Below are positions 10,577 through 20,262 of a stretch of 64,000 bases of DNA, one piece after another. The translations under genes and the position numbers were made by a program. Source of the DNA: a virus (Duplodnaviria > Caudoviricetes); IMG/VR virus record IMGVR_UViG_3300013121_000022, positions 96,001-160,000 of that record; one strand, 5' to 3'. Position 1 is the first letter of the stretch. Every line of letters begins with the position of its first letter. Under the pieces are notes generated by a model that was given only the letters and a program-made list of their open reading frames with translations, did no database searches and had not been told where the DNA came from.

Positions 10577-11922
10577 CTACTTTAGATGAGGCACGAGCTG
10601 TAATTGATCGTTTTTCTGGACGATTCAAACCTAAGCAAACTCAACTGTTTGGCGTGTTGGGCAATGGTTCTGGAATTGTTACTGGAACACGATCTAATAA
10701 CGTTTTTGTCAGAATTGGATCATCTCCGCCTGTAGAAATATTCAACATGCGTGTGCCTCCTATCAACGACTTGCCCGTTGCGATTGGCTACGATCAAAAC
10801 CCAAGCTTGATGGAAGTTTTGGATGTTGATAAGACCAGAGTTACTGATTGGTTGAATTATGCTTATGTTCCGCCACACGCACACTCGCATACATATGGAG
10901 ATGAGGCGAGTGGATACCCTGACATTATCTATTTACAAAAGCGTCAATTTATTCCGTTGATGTGTATTCCGACAACCCCGCCAAGTATGGTTGTCAAAGT
11001 CTTGTCGGATTATTATCCATATGGAGTGTCTTGGAAATACTTTTCCGGTGCAAACTCTGCCAATCTTTCGTCATATCGACCCGGAACTGGCAATGCTCGA
11101 TTTGTGACAATTTACATTGATGCAACTTCAAACACACTCGGATATATTTCAGGATCGGCGTATTCATTGGCATTCCCGCCAGATGAAGTTAGAGATTACA
11201 TTCCTGTTCCGCCAGAGGGATCAATTCCGGTTGCGGCCATTTTGCTAACCGGATCGGGCGAGTCTCGTATTGTTGAAAGCGACATTTATGATGTTCGACT
11301 GATTTATAACTCTCTTGGTGGAACGTCAACTCCAACGTATGCCAGTTCGTCACTTAATCCCGAAACACTTGATCCAACTCGGAGTGCTCAACCGGGAACG
11401 TCTAGTTATCCAGCTCGCTTAGATCATCGTCATGCGATCAATCTGTATGGATCGGGTATTCCATCCGGTATTGCTTATGGGCCTCGTAAAGGTATCTCGC
11501 CCTGGGCGGCTCGTGAAGATCATACTCATCATTTAACATCGGGTATTATTCCGACATGGGCGATTGCCGATCAAGCTATCACATCGGCAAAAATTGCTAC
11601 CGAAGCGATCTATCCCTATCACATTGGTTCGGGTGTGATCAAGCAATATCATCTAGACTCATCGATTAGTCTTGGATCGTCCTCTGGAACATCATCGGCA
11701 GGCGGACACTTACATGGTCTGGCTCGATGGAGTGTATATTCTGGTTTGGCAACTGTTGATTTGCCAGATTATGCAGAATATCTGGAAAGCATATCAAACT
11801 TGGGGTATGAACTTGATCCGATTAATTTCGTTTTAACTGCATCCGGTGATAAAATTCAGTTTAATCCACCGTTTTCTGGAAGTGGTATTGTTGTTGCACA
11901 TTACGTAATAGCTCAACTATGA
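10573..11922 (+). CDS. minor tail/fibre protein
   Basis: ARLDHRH/AREDHTH and AITSAKIA fibre-type repeats. Confidence 0.6.
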   Translation: MTTLDEARAVIDRFSGRFKPKQTQLFGVLGNGSGIVTGTRSNNVFVRIGSSPPVEIFNMRVPPINDLPVAIGYDQNPSLMEVLDVDKTRVTDWLNYAYVPPHAHSHTYGDEASGYPDIIYLQKRQFIPLMCIPTTPPSMVVKVLSDYYPYGVSWKYFSGANSANLSSYRPGTGNARFVTIYIDATSNTLGYISGSAYSLAFPPDEVRDYIPVPPEGSIPVAAILLTGSGESRIVESDIYDVRLIYNSLGGTSTPTYASSSLNPETLDPTRSAQPGTSSYPARLDHRHAINLYGSGIPSGIAYGPRKGISPWAAREDHTHHLTSGIIPTWAIADQAITSAKIATEAIYPYHIGSGVIKQYHLDSSISLGSSSGTSSAGGHLHGLARWSVYSGLATVDLPDYAEYLESISNLGYELDPINFVLTASGDKIQFNPPFSGSGIVVAHYVIAQL

Positions 11923-12626
11923 CATTTTATCTTTTTAATCCGACTACTAATAGCCCAATTGCCGTTGTAGATTTGACGTTAGTCAATGGTCAAATTGTAT
12001 TACGCCCAAATGAACTGGTACTGAATTCATCGGTAACTCCAAGCGCCTATTCAAGTAATCAAGACAACTTATCTATTACTGGATTGAATACGGCAACAAC
12101 TATTCGAATGTCATCAACTGGTACAATCAACATTACAGGATTGGCGAATGGGAGTGATGGAAAAACACTGTTTATTCATAATGTTGGCGTAAATAACATT
12201 TTGTTTTTGTCAGAAGACAGCGGTAGTTTAGCGGCTAATAGATTTGCCTTACCAGATACAGTCACCCTGAGCGCCAATTCAATTATCATTGTTCAATATG
12301 ATGGTACAAGTCAACGTTGGAGAATTTTGTATGCAGGTTCTGGAGGGGTTGGATCGCCCGGAACGTGGTATGAAACTGAAATCGATTTTGGCTCAACCCC
12401 GGTGTTTGATGCTCAATTTACAATAGTCGATGTTACTGTTGGGGCAACTGACAAAATTATTGTTGTTTCAAGCGGTAATGCTCCAACTGGACTGGCAGTC
12501 GGAGAAGGTCAATTCGACAATATTGGATATACCGCAAAAGCGGCATCAGGCAGTTTTACACTATGGGCAATTGCTGTCCCTGGGCCAGTTATGGGTAAGC
12601 GAAAAATCTTTTATCAAATAGGTTAA
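11919..12626 (+). CDS. putative tail fibre-associated structural protein
   Basis: SLAANRF..QYDGTSQRWR motif seen in fibre shaft domains; synteny. Confidence 0.5.
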   Translation: MTFYLFNPTTNSPIAVVDLTLVNGQIVLRPNELVLNSSVTPSAYSSNQDNLSITGLNTATTIRMSSTGTINITGLANGSDGKTLFIHNVGVNNILFLSEDSGSLAANRFALPDTVTLSANSIIIVQYDGTSQRWRILYAGSGGVGSPGTWYETEIDFGSTPVFDAQFTIVDVTVGATDKIIVVSSGNAPTGLAVGEGQFDNIGYTAKAASGSFTLWAIAVPGPVMGKRKIFYQIG

Positions 12627-12632
12627 AACATT

Positions 12633-14156
12633 ATGGCAAACATTCAAGGTGGTTCAGATACCGCCAATATTCAAAACGTAGATGCAAATTACAATGGACA
12701 GGTCAATCTTCCATATACAACTCCAGCGGGTGTCGATCAGGGTGGAGGATTATCAAAGGCGGGTTTTGCGTCTGTGGCCGCCGAATCCGATCCGGGTGAA
12801 ATCACTGGTACGCGACTGATTCGGCAAATTGAGGCATCCGAAGACTTTAGAGTCCGCGCAGGACTTGATTCTTTATTGTTCCATCATTCATTTGAAGGAA
12901 CAAACATCGCAAGAGATCGTATTCAGCAAAACGATACCACAGCAACTGCGGCTCAGGCTACTGGAATTTTGACTATCAATAGCGGTGCAAGCGTCACCTC
13001 TGGTCAGGGTTGTAACATTCGCACCTATAGAACATTTCCGGTTTTCGGATCATATCCGACTTATATTGATATGTGGTTGCGTGAAACTAATCCATCAGCA
13101 ACCAATGCGGTTAGCGAATGGGGGCTTGGTTATGTTTCTGGTGTTACCGTTCAAGTAGTGGACGGTATATTTTTCCGACGATTGTCGGGAGGTCAGTTAC
13201 GAGCAGTCATGGTGTTCAACAGCGTAGATGTGGCTACTGTTGATATTAACACTGCGAACGTACCTTCCCGTGATGGTTCAGGATCGTTTGACGAGGCTGA
13301 AATCAATCATTATCTAATCACTTTCCATGCCGATGTTGCTAATTTCTGGATCAATGATGTTCTGGTCGCGTCCATTAAATCTTTGTCTACTCAGGGATCG
13401 CCAACCTATGCAGTAACCCAACCAATTTTTGCTCGTGTTTACAATTCAGCTGGAGCGTCGGCGGCTCGACAACTTGGTATTGCGCTTTTGTCGGCATCGC
13501 TTGGCGACATGCATTCTGGTAAGCCCTATGGTCATCAAGTGGCAGGTTTTGGTGGTGGTTCATATCAGATTCAACCCGGAACTGCATCAGGGCCAACTGT
13601 TACACGTGGTACAGGCGCAAACGGATGGCCTACTTCTGCAACCGCTCGTGCCGCTGGTACATGGACAGCAACTTCAGCTCCGGCGCTAAATTCACTTGGT
13701 GGAAACTGGCTAAGTCCGGCAATATCTACACTAACATCCGAAGCAGATTATCCGGTTTTTGCTTATCTTAATCCAGCGGGTGCTGTAGGTGTACCCGGAA
13801 AGACCTTGTATATTACTCAAGTCAAATGGGGTAAAACAATTGCAACCGTTGCAGCTGCAACCAACTCCATTATTTTGAACTACATATTGGGAGTGGGATC
13901 GACTGGTTCTGGTACGGCAGTGGCAGAAGCGGCGGCAGCTGTTGCAGCTCGCGGAATTGTATTGGATAACATTCCATTCAAATCAACTGCCGCTATTGGT
14001 GATTATGTTGAAGGTGGTCAAATGGATTTCTCGCAAGCTCCATTGGTTGTTCCTCCGGGATGCTATCTTCACTTTATTGTTCGTCCATTCGGAACTGTCG
14101 CGTCTAATACTTTGGTTGTCGCAAGTTCAGTTGCGTTTGCTGGATATTTTGAATAA
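12633..14156 (+). CDS. putative virion structural/receptor-binding protein
   Basis: 507 aa Gly/Ala/Thr-rich beta protein in the tail operon. Confidence 0.5.
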   Translation: MANIQGGSDTANIQNVDANYNGQVNLPYTTPAGVDQGGGLSKAGFASVAAESDPGEITGTRLIRQIEASEDFRVRAGLDSLLFHHSFEGTNIARDRIQQNDTTATAAQATGILTINSGASVTSGQGCNIRTYRTFPVFGSYPTYIDMWLRETNPSATNAVSEWGLGYVSGVTVQVVDGIFFRRLSGGQLRAVMVFNSVDVATVDINTANVPSRDGSGSFDEAEINHYLITFHADVANFWINDVLVASIKSLSTQGSPTYAVTQPIFARVYNSAGASAARQLGIALLSASLGDMHSGKPYGHQVAGFGGGSYQIQPGTASGPTVTRGTGANGWPTSATARAAGTWTATSAPALNSLGGNWLSPAISTLTSEADYPVFAYLNPAGAVGVPGKTLYITQVKWGKTIATVAAATNSIILNYILGVGSTGSGTAVAEAAAAVAARGIVLDNIPFKSTAAIGDYVEGGQMDFSQAPLVVPPGCYLHFIVRPFGTVASNTLVVASSVAFAGYFE

Positions 14157-14168
14157 GACATATATCTA

Positions 14169-15005
14169 ATGCCAAATACAGCACTCAATAGAACAATTGC
14201 ATTGGTATTGACAAATAAAAGCGGCGGCAGTGTCGTACAGGGCGATGTCGTGATTGTTGGGTCGGCTACTGCTTCATCTTTTGTTACCAACTCTACTTTA
14301 GCTTTAGTGACAGACGTAATTGGGGTTGTTATTGAACCCAATGGAATTGCGAATAATTACGATGGACTGATTGCGATTCAAGGTTATGTTCCAAAAATAA
14401 ACTTGTCGTCATCCGCTTCTTTGGGTGATACATTTCATTTGGATTCAGTCGCCAAACAAGCCGTTCCACACTCGGATCGGAGATCGTCTGATTTTGGTCA
14501 GGTTTTGACTACCGGATCGACTCCACGAGCTTATTTGTTTGGGCAAAATAAAATTCCATCATACGCAAAACTCAGCGACGTTAAATCGGCTGGAACAAAT
14601 GGTGGAACATTCACATCTGGATCGTGGCAAACTAGAACACTGAATACGGAAGACACAGATGACGATGGTATCGTGTCTTTGTCATCAAATCAGTTTACTT
14701 TACAGGCCGGAACATATCGAATTTGTGCATCAACTCCTGCTTATTATATTGCGGCTCATAAAGCCAAACTATACAATATTACTGCGGCGGTTGATGTAAT
14801 TCTCGGAACAACCGAGATGTCGTATACGGACGGATCAATTACTACCAGATCGATGGTCGTTGGACAATTTACAATATCGTCTGCCAGTGTTTTTGAAATA
14901 CAACATCGATGCGAAATCACTAGAGCAACCGATGGACTTGGATACCGATCAAACTTCGGAGTTGCAGAAGTCTATACCGTTGTTGAACTCTGGAAATTGT
15001 ACTAA
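14169..15005 (+). CDS. virion decoration/fibre paralog 1
   Basis: N-terminal capsid-cement-like beta domain plus C-terminal C1q-like domain (TSGSWQTRTLNT..FTLQAGTY). Confidence 0.55.
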   Translation: MPNTALNRTIALVLTNKSGGSVVQGDVVIVGSATASSFVTNSTLALVTDVIGVVIEPNGIANNYDGLIAIQGYVPKINLSSSASLGDTFHLDSVAKQAVPHSDRRSSDFGQVLTTGSTPRAYLFGQNKIPSYAKLSDVKSAGTNGGTFTSGSWQTRTLNTEDTDDDGIVSLSSNQFTLQAGTYRICASTPAYYIAAHKAKLYNITAAVDVILGTTEMSYTDGSITTRSMVVGQFTISSASVFEIQHRCEITRATDGLGYRSNFGVAEVYTVVELWKLY

Positions 15006-15007
15006 CT

Positions 15008-15835
15008 ATGCCAACAGCTCTTAATCGATCTATTGTTGTTTTTTTGACCAATAAAAGCGGATTGCAAGTTAGTTATGGATCGGTGGTTGTCCTAAATGCT
15101 GTTTCGAGTAGCTTTACCTTGAATACTACCGAAGGCTTGATCAACAATTCGGTGGGTGTCGTGGCCGAACCTACAGGCATTTCTAACGACGCTCAAGGTG
15201 CGGTAATTATTGGCGGTTATGTTCCTCAGATCAACTTGGATTCCGGATGTACGATTCTTGATTTTATTAAGACATCCAGCACAAGCGGAAAAGGAAAACC
15301 ATTTACCCCTAAAGGCAGGGGCGCATTTGGACAAGCTCTTACCGCATCTGTCAATCCAGAAGCAATCCTGTTTGGATCGATTTTATCGGTTGAATCGTAT
15401 GCACTGTTTGTTGATCAAAAATCGGCTGGAACGGGTGGCGGGACATCTACATCTGGATCGTGGCAAACTAGAACACTGAATACGGTAATTAGCAATAGCG
15501 ATAATATTGCATCGTTATCGTCAAACCAACTTACATTACAAGCAGGAACATATCGACTTAGAGCTAGAGCGCCTGCCTACTTTACCGATAGAACTCAAGC
15601 ACGTTGGCGCAATGTGACTGATGGCACAACAACACTGGTTGGTAGCACAATTTACCTAACGGCTGGCGCTTACGATGGCGCGAATTGGGTTGAAGGGGAA
15701 TTTACGATTATCGCAGCTAAAACTTTTGAATTACAGCAACGCGTCACTGTAACGTCGGCTACATATGGATTCGGCGTTAACCCAAGTTTCGATGAAAACG
15801 CGATATATGCTACGGTTGAACTCTGGAAATTATGA
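15008..15835 (+). CDS. virion decoration/fibre paralog 2
   Basis: colinear with paralog 1. Confidence 0.55.
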   Translation: MPTALNRSIVVFLTNKSGLQVSYGSVVVLNAVSSSFTLNTTEGLINNSVGVVAEPTGISNDAQGAVIIGGYVPQINLDSGCTILDFIKTSSTSGKGKPFTPKGRGAFGQALTASVNPEAILFGSILSVESYALFVDQKSAGTGGGTSTSGSWQTRTLNTVISNSDNIASLSSNQLTLQAGTYRLRARAPAYFTDRTQARWRNVTDGTTTLVGSTIYLTAGAYDGANWVEGEFTIIAAKTFELQQRVTVTSATYGFGVNPSFDENAIYATVELWKL

Positions 15836-16665
15836 CAAACACAGCTTTACAACGCACAATTGCAAGTCTTCTTTTGAACTCATCAGGCGGAAATGTAAGT
15901 AAGGGCGATGTAGTGATAGTCGGATCGTCGGTTGCGTCTTCCTTTACTACAACAACGACAGTTGGTTTACAAAGCGATCTGATTGGTGTTGCACTTGAAG
16001 ATATTCCTTCTGGATCGCAAGGCATGGTTGCGGTTCAGGGCTATGTGCCGAAAATCAATTTGTCAGCGTCCGCGTCGTTGGGCGATACATTTTGTACGCA
16101 TTCGGTTGCCAAACAAGCCGTTCCTCATTCATTGAGGCAAATTGGTGACTTTGGTCAGGTTTTGACTACCGGATCAACCCCCGAAGCAATTTTATTTACA
16201 GTTGTTGATCGACCAGCAATAGCTGTTCTTAGAGACGAAAAAGCTGCTAACACACAAGGTGGAGCAAGTACAAGCGGATCGTGGTTGACTCGTGATTTGA
16301 ATACCGAAGTATACGATCCATATGGCATTGTATCGCTTTCGGCCAATCAATTTACTCTACAAGCCGGAACTTACAAAATCAGAGTCACATCTCCATTTAT
16401 GACAGCTTCTGGCGCACGAATTAGACTAAGGAACATAACCGATTCAACTACAACTTGCGTGGGTACAAGTGCTTACAATCAGACTCCCGATCTTGTAGAA
16501 TGTATTAGCACGATTGACGATGTGTTTACAATTTCGGCGGCGAAAGTGTTTGAAATTCAATATCGAGTTGTATTGTCCAGAGCAACCAACGGATTGGGTG
16601 TAAGCGGTGGCGATTTAGGCGAAGTCGAAGTATATACCAGAGTCTTTATTGAGAAGATCGACTAA
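15832..16665 (+). CDS. virion decoration/fibre paralog 3
   Basis: colinear with paralogs 1 and 2. Confidence 0.55.
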   Translation: MTNTALQRTIASLLLNSSGGNVSKGDVVIVGSSVASSFTTTTTVGLQSDLIGVALEDIPSGSQGMVAVQGYVPKINLSASASLGDTFCTHSVAKQAVPHSLRQIGDFGQVLTTGSTPEAILFTVVDRPAIAVLRDEKAANTQGGASTSGSWLTRDLNTEVYDPYGIVSLSANQFTLQAGTYKIRVTSPFMTASGARIRLRNITDSTTTCVGTSAYNQTPDLVECISTIDDVFTISAAKVFEIQYRVVLSRATNGLGVSGGDLGEVEVYTRVFIEKID

Positions 16666-16741
16666 AATTTTAATATTGACGGATTAGCAATCTTGCCTTA
16701 CCATTTATCATCCGCAATTGTAGAGAAAGGCTTGACAAATT

Positions 16742-17515
16742 ATGCTGGTTTATGTTTCTGGAAAATACTCCGCCGATCCAGATTCGACGGATGACGCAGA
16801 TTCTCAGGTTCTTGAAAATATCAAATTGGCCGGACGAGTTGCCGGAGAATTATGGGACAAAGGACATGCTGTTTTGTGTCCACACACCAACACTAATCAT
16901 TTCCTTGTGCCAGTCAAAAATACCACATGGGAAGATTACATGCGCGGCGATTACATGATGATCGCTCGATGTGATGCTGTGGTAATGCTTCCGAATTGGG
17001 AAACCAGTCGGGGGGCGCGAGCTGAATTGGCTTATGCGGAAGGCTTAAAAATTCCGATCTACTATTATCCACAACTACCTGAATTGCATCCTACCGAAGT
17101 GTTATCACCAGTGCAATGCAAGCGTTTTGCAGAAACACTTGGACAAATGTATCGAACACATCTTTCCAAGAATCACGATTATAGTCCGGCCAATATTCTT
17201 GGCATGGGTGAAGTTGGAGGCGTGGTTCGCTTGTGGGATAAAGCAATTCGACTGGCAAATTTGAATGGTATTCAACTTCATCTTAATGACGTATATTTCA
17301 GTAATCAGTCGGATGAATTCAAGCCTTTGATTTGGTCGTTGCTGGTCAATACTTTAAGTCTAGTAAACAAGCTGGGCTTTAGATTCAAAATCACAAAAAT
17401 TATGGTTGGTAAAACAAAATCCGCAAAGAACGAATCGATTGATGATACCTTGATCGATTTATCGGTTTATGCGATTATTCAGCGCCTGCTAATGGCGGGA
17501 GAGTGGGGTAGATAA
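16742..17515 (+). CDS. nucleoside deoxyribosyltransferase-like (DUF4406) fused to DUF1599-like nucleotide-modification domain
   Basis: VYVSGKY..CDAVVMLPNWETSRGARAE; C-terminal KNHDY..RLWDK..ESIDDTLIDLSVYAII. Confidence 0.7.
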   Translation: MLVYVSGKYSADPDSTDDADSQVLENIKLAGRVAGELWDKGHAVLCPHTNTNHFLVPVKNTTWEDYMRGDYMMIARCDAVVMLPNWETSRGARAELAYAEGLKIPIYYYPQLPELHPTEVLSPVQCKRFAETLGQMYRTHLSKNHDYSPANILGMGEVGGVVRLWDKAIRLANLNGIQLHLNDVYFSNQSDEFKPLIWSLLVNTLSLVNKLGFRFKITKIMVGKTKSAKNESIDDTLIDLSVYAIIQRLLMAGEWGR

Positions 17516-17516
17516 C

Positions 17517-18266
17517 ATGAGAGGTTTAGAATTTGAAAAGAAATCGGGAGGGGCGGCAATTTTCTTGGCGTTGCTTGGTTTGGTTACAATTATGATTGCG
17601 TTGTTCTTTTTGTATCTGAACAATCAGTTTTCGGCTTTTGGATTTGTTGAAGCGACGGGTGGAGAAGTATTGTCAGTCAAAAACAACATCTGGACAATCG
17701 GAGTTGATGTGAAGTCGGGCGGTTCGTTTGGTATGTTGGCGGGATGGGCTGGTTCAATTTTAGTCACTGTTATTCAATTGATCTTTTGGGTTCACGATCC
17801 TAACGTAATTTTCAGGACAACAGATAAGTTGTTTCGACAGCTTATGTACTTGCTGATTGTCTATGATTTCTTATCAACCGTCTATTACTTGACAAGTTTG
17901 GGCATCGAGACTTTTCCACTCGAATTGCCTTTTGCAATGGCGACGTGGCATGTCTTTACGCTGAATGGACTTATTCAGTTTGGACTGATCTTGTTTATTT
18001 CGTTTGCCTTTTTGTCGGTAGGATCGGAGTTCTGGTTGGCTCTTGGATGGACTTTATTCTCGTTGCACATTGTCGAAGCAATATCAGTAGTTCAAAACTG
18101 GCTTGACAATGCTCAGGAATCTTTTGAGCGTTCGAGATTAAATAAAGTTGATAGGCGCATCGATCAAATGAAACAGCAATCCCAAACCAATCAGGCGCGG
18201 CCTGCTCAAAACTTCAATCGGCCAAATCAGCCACAGCGCACATATCAGCCACAATCACAAACTTAA
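17517..18266 (+). CDS. multi-pass membrane protein
   Basis: about four hydrophobic segments, Gln-rich tail. Confidence 0.7.
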   Translation: MRGLEFEKKSGGAAIFLALLGLVTIMIALFFLYLNNQFSAFGFVEATGGEVLSVKNNIWTIGVDVKSGGSFGMLAGWAGSILVTVIQLIFWVHDPNVIFRTTDKLFRQLMYLLIVYDFLSTVYYLTSLGIETFPLELPFAMATWHVFTLNGLIQFGLILFISFAFLSVGSEFWLALGWTLFSLHIVEAISVVQNWLDNAQESFERSRLNKVDRRIDQMKQQSQTNQARPAQNFNRPNQPQRTYQPQSQT

Positions 18267-18270
18267 ACAA

Positions 18271-18307
18271 AAAAAGAGACATCATCGCAATGATGTCTCT
18301 TTTTTTA
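18271..18307. terminator. bidirectional intrinsic terminator
   Basis: AAAAAGAGACATCA-tcgcaa-TGATGTCTCTTTTTTT between convergent genes. Confidence 0.85.
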
Positions 18308-18313
18308 TTCAAC

Positions 18314-18829
18314 CTACAACTCAATGTACTTGCGCCATTCTTCCTTGATCTCTCCACCAAACCGAGAAATTACAAAGGTGTTGCCTCTTGGCGTCTTTGG
18401 TTCACTCAGCAACTTCATGCCTGCCTCATTGGGCGTCCTGCTTCCCTTTTTGGTATTGCATTTCTTGCAGGAGCAAACCGTGTTACCCCAAGTGTTTAAT
18501 CCCCCTTTGGACTTGGGAATAATGTGATCAACAGTGGGAGCTTTCCATTTGTTACTCTTGTCGGTTGTGATACCGCAGTATTGACAAATGTGGTTGTCAC
18601 GCTTGAACACGCCTTGACCACTCCACACAGCGCCACGTCGGGGTACATTGATGTATCGCTTCAACACAATTACACTTGGAATTTCAAATACAATCGACTG
18701 AGATCGAACGTGCTTGCCAGTTCCCTCTACAAAATTGGCGCGTTCATTCAAAATCAAATTGATTGCTCGTTTGTCGCTCATAGTTGCATGAGGCGATCCG
18801 TCTGCGTTCAATACCAGAACTTGAGTCAT
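18314..18829 (-). CDS. HNH endonuclease (McrA/HNH_5-like)
   Basis: VLVLNAD..RDNHICQYCG..TVDHIIPKSKGG..WGNTVCSCKKCNTKKG. Confidence 0.92.
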   Translation of the reverse strand: MTQVLVLNADGSPHATMSDKRAINLILNERANFVEGTGKHVRSQSIVFEIPSVIVLKRYINVPRRGAVWSGQGVFKRDNHICQYCGITTDKSNKWKAPTVDHIIPKSKGGLNTWGNTVCSCKKCNTKKGSRTPNEAGMKLLSEPKTPRGNTFVISRFGGEIKEEWRKYIEL

Positions 18830-18853
18830 GTTTGTAATTCCTTTCTTGAAGTG

Positions 18854-18927
18854 TACTCCCGACAGGACTTGAACCTGCAACCTTGAGATTAAAAGTCTCT
18901 TGCTCTACTCTATTGAGCTACGGGAGC
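18854..18927 (-). tRNA. tRNA-Lys(UUU)
   Basis: cloverleaf on minus strand, loop CTTTTAA. Confidence 0.9.
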
Positions 18928-18932
18928 ATAGG

Positions 18933-19005
18933 TGCATCCGGTGGGACTTGAACCCACAACCTTGAAATTAAGAGTTTCCTGCTCTGCCAATTGAGCTACG
19001 GATAC
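18933..19005 (-). tRNA. tRNA-Lys(CUU)
   Basis: cloverleaf on minus strand, loop CTCTTAA. Confidence 0.9.
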
Positions 19006-19153
19006 ATCGATCTGCGCCGATCATAACACATTGGTCGGTTAGTTGTCAATCAACAACTGGAGTGGAATACACTAACACAACGCCCAAAGTTGGTTGAACT
19101 TCTTTGCAATACACTGCCGAGATCGACAGTTACGATAAACAACACTTCCTGAT

Positions 19154-19633
19154 TCATGTTTCATCCTCCATTTCGATTTCACCACTTTCCAGTGTTGTAA
19201 ATTTTACACCTTGCGCGTAATACTTTACAACTCCCGCATGGCGTTGTAGTTGAACCATGCCGCCATACTCTTTGTAATAGAATGCAACCAGTTCGGTTGC
19301 TAACTGATTGTGTTCTTGGAATTTACATTCATAAAATTTTCCGTCCGGCATCATCCAACCATTAACTTCTTTTTTGAATGGTGTTGGCGTGGGCGGAAAA
19401 TCATTGTAAAACTGAACATACACCGACTCGTATTCATTATTGTACATTGTGTATGTATTAAGAACCTGCAAAGTCGCAGGTTTGATTGTGTAACTCGATC
19501 CAACTCCCCAATACATTCGAGATGGAAACATGGACTTGAAATGAACCAAGTATGGGCCAACTTCACAAGGTGGACATTCTGGATTGGCGTATGTTTCGAT
19601 AAACTTCACAGCATAAATGGTTTCTGTTTTCAT
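19154..19633 (-). CDS. hypothetical protein (leaderless)
   Basis: ATG 7 nt after a TTGACA-17-TATGAT promoter. Confidence 0.65.
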   Translation of the reverse strand: MKTETIYAVKFIETYANPECPPCEVGPYLVHFKSMFPSRMYWGVGSSYTIKPATLQVLNTYTMYNNEYESVYVQFYNDFPPTPTPFKKEVNGWMMPDGKFYECKFQEHNQLATELVAFYYKEYGGMVQLQRHAGVVKYYAQGVKFTTLESGEIEMEDET

Positions 19634-19639
19634 GCGGTT

Positions 19640-19701
19640 ATCATAGATCAAAAAAGTATTTGTGTCAAGTGTTTGACAAACCCAAAAAATTCAAGTATCA
19701 T
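19640..19701. promoter_or_regulatory. back-to-back divergent sigma70-type promoters
   Basis: minus TTGACA(19668-63)/TATGAT; plus TTGACA(19673-78)/TATCAT; both 17-nt spacing. Confidence 0.75.
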
Positions 19702-19708
19702 TGCCGCC

Positions 19709-20017
19709 ATGAGACAAGTGAGCATCGTATTTATCAAGACGGGAGATCAAAACTCTGACATCCGCCGACTCAAATTGATTTTGGCACAGTCCAAAAAGGG
19801 GCAAGGCGCTGATGGACTGTCTATTGATTTTCGAGAATCGTTCAACGACACATCGGGTGTTGTGGTTGATTTTGAAAATGTTTCGATTGGTGTAGACACA
19901 ATCGATGTATGGCGCAAACGCGGATACTCGGTTTCAGAAGATCAGGTACAAGAAATTCAACCAGAAATATTGACGGACGCGAAACCTGAAACACGAATAG
20001 ATTATAATGATTTTTAG
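19709..20017 (+). CDS. hypothetical protein (leaderless)
   Basis: 3' part of ORF 19310..20017; ATG at the predicted +1. Confidence 0.6.
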   Translation: MRQVSIVFIKTGDQNSDIRRLKLILAQSKKGQGADGLSIDFRESFNDTSGVVVDFENVSIGVDTIDVWRKRGYSVSEDQVQEIQPEILTDAKPETRIDYNDF

Positions 20018-20021
20018 AAAT

Positions 20022-20094
20022 GCGCCTGTGGTGTAATGGTCAACATGACACTCTTATAAGGTGTGGATTGAAGGTTCGAGTCCTTTCGGGCGTA
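20022..20094 (+). tRNA. tRNA-Ile(UAU)
   Basis: stem ACACT/GGTGT, loop CTTATAA. Confidence 0.85.
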
Positions 20095-20098
20095 CAAT

Positions 20099-20170
20099 GG
20101 CGAGGTAGCTAAGCGGTTAAGGCAACTGTCTGCAAAACAGTGATGAAGGGTTCGACTCCCTTTCTCGCCT
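20099..20170 (+). tRNA. tRNA-Cys(GCA)
   Basis: loop CTGCAAA, U73. Confidence 0.92.
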
Positions 20171-20172
20171 CT

Positions 20173-20244
20173 GCTTCCGTAGTTCAAAGGATAGAATACC
20201 AGTTTCCTAAACTGCCAATCTCGGTTCGAGTCCGAGCGGAAGCA
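20173..20244 (+). tRNA. tRNA-Arg(CCU)
   Basis: loop TTCCTAA. Confidence 0.9.
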
Positions 20245-20262
20245 CAAGAAAGAGAACTATTA

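Noticed and set aside
14169-16665. Diversity-generating retroelement acting on the three paralogs
   Set aside because: No reverse transcriptase and no template repeat with adenine-specific mismatches visible in the window
20140-20262. N-terminal extensions of ORFs running through tRNAs (also 23156, 30611, 41571, 44978, 49986, 60050)
   Set aside because: They overlap well-formed tRNA genes; downstream ATGs are more plausible
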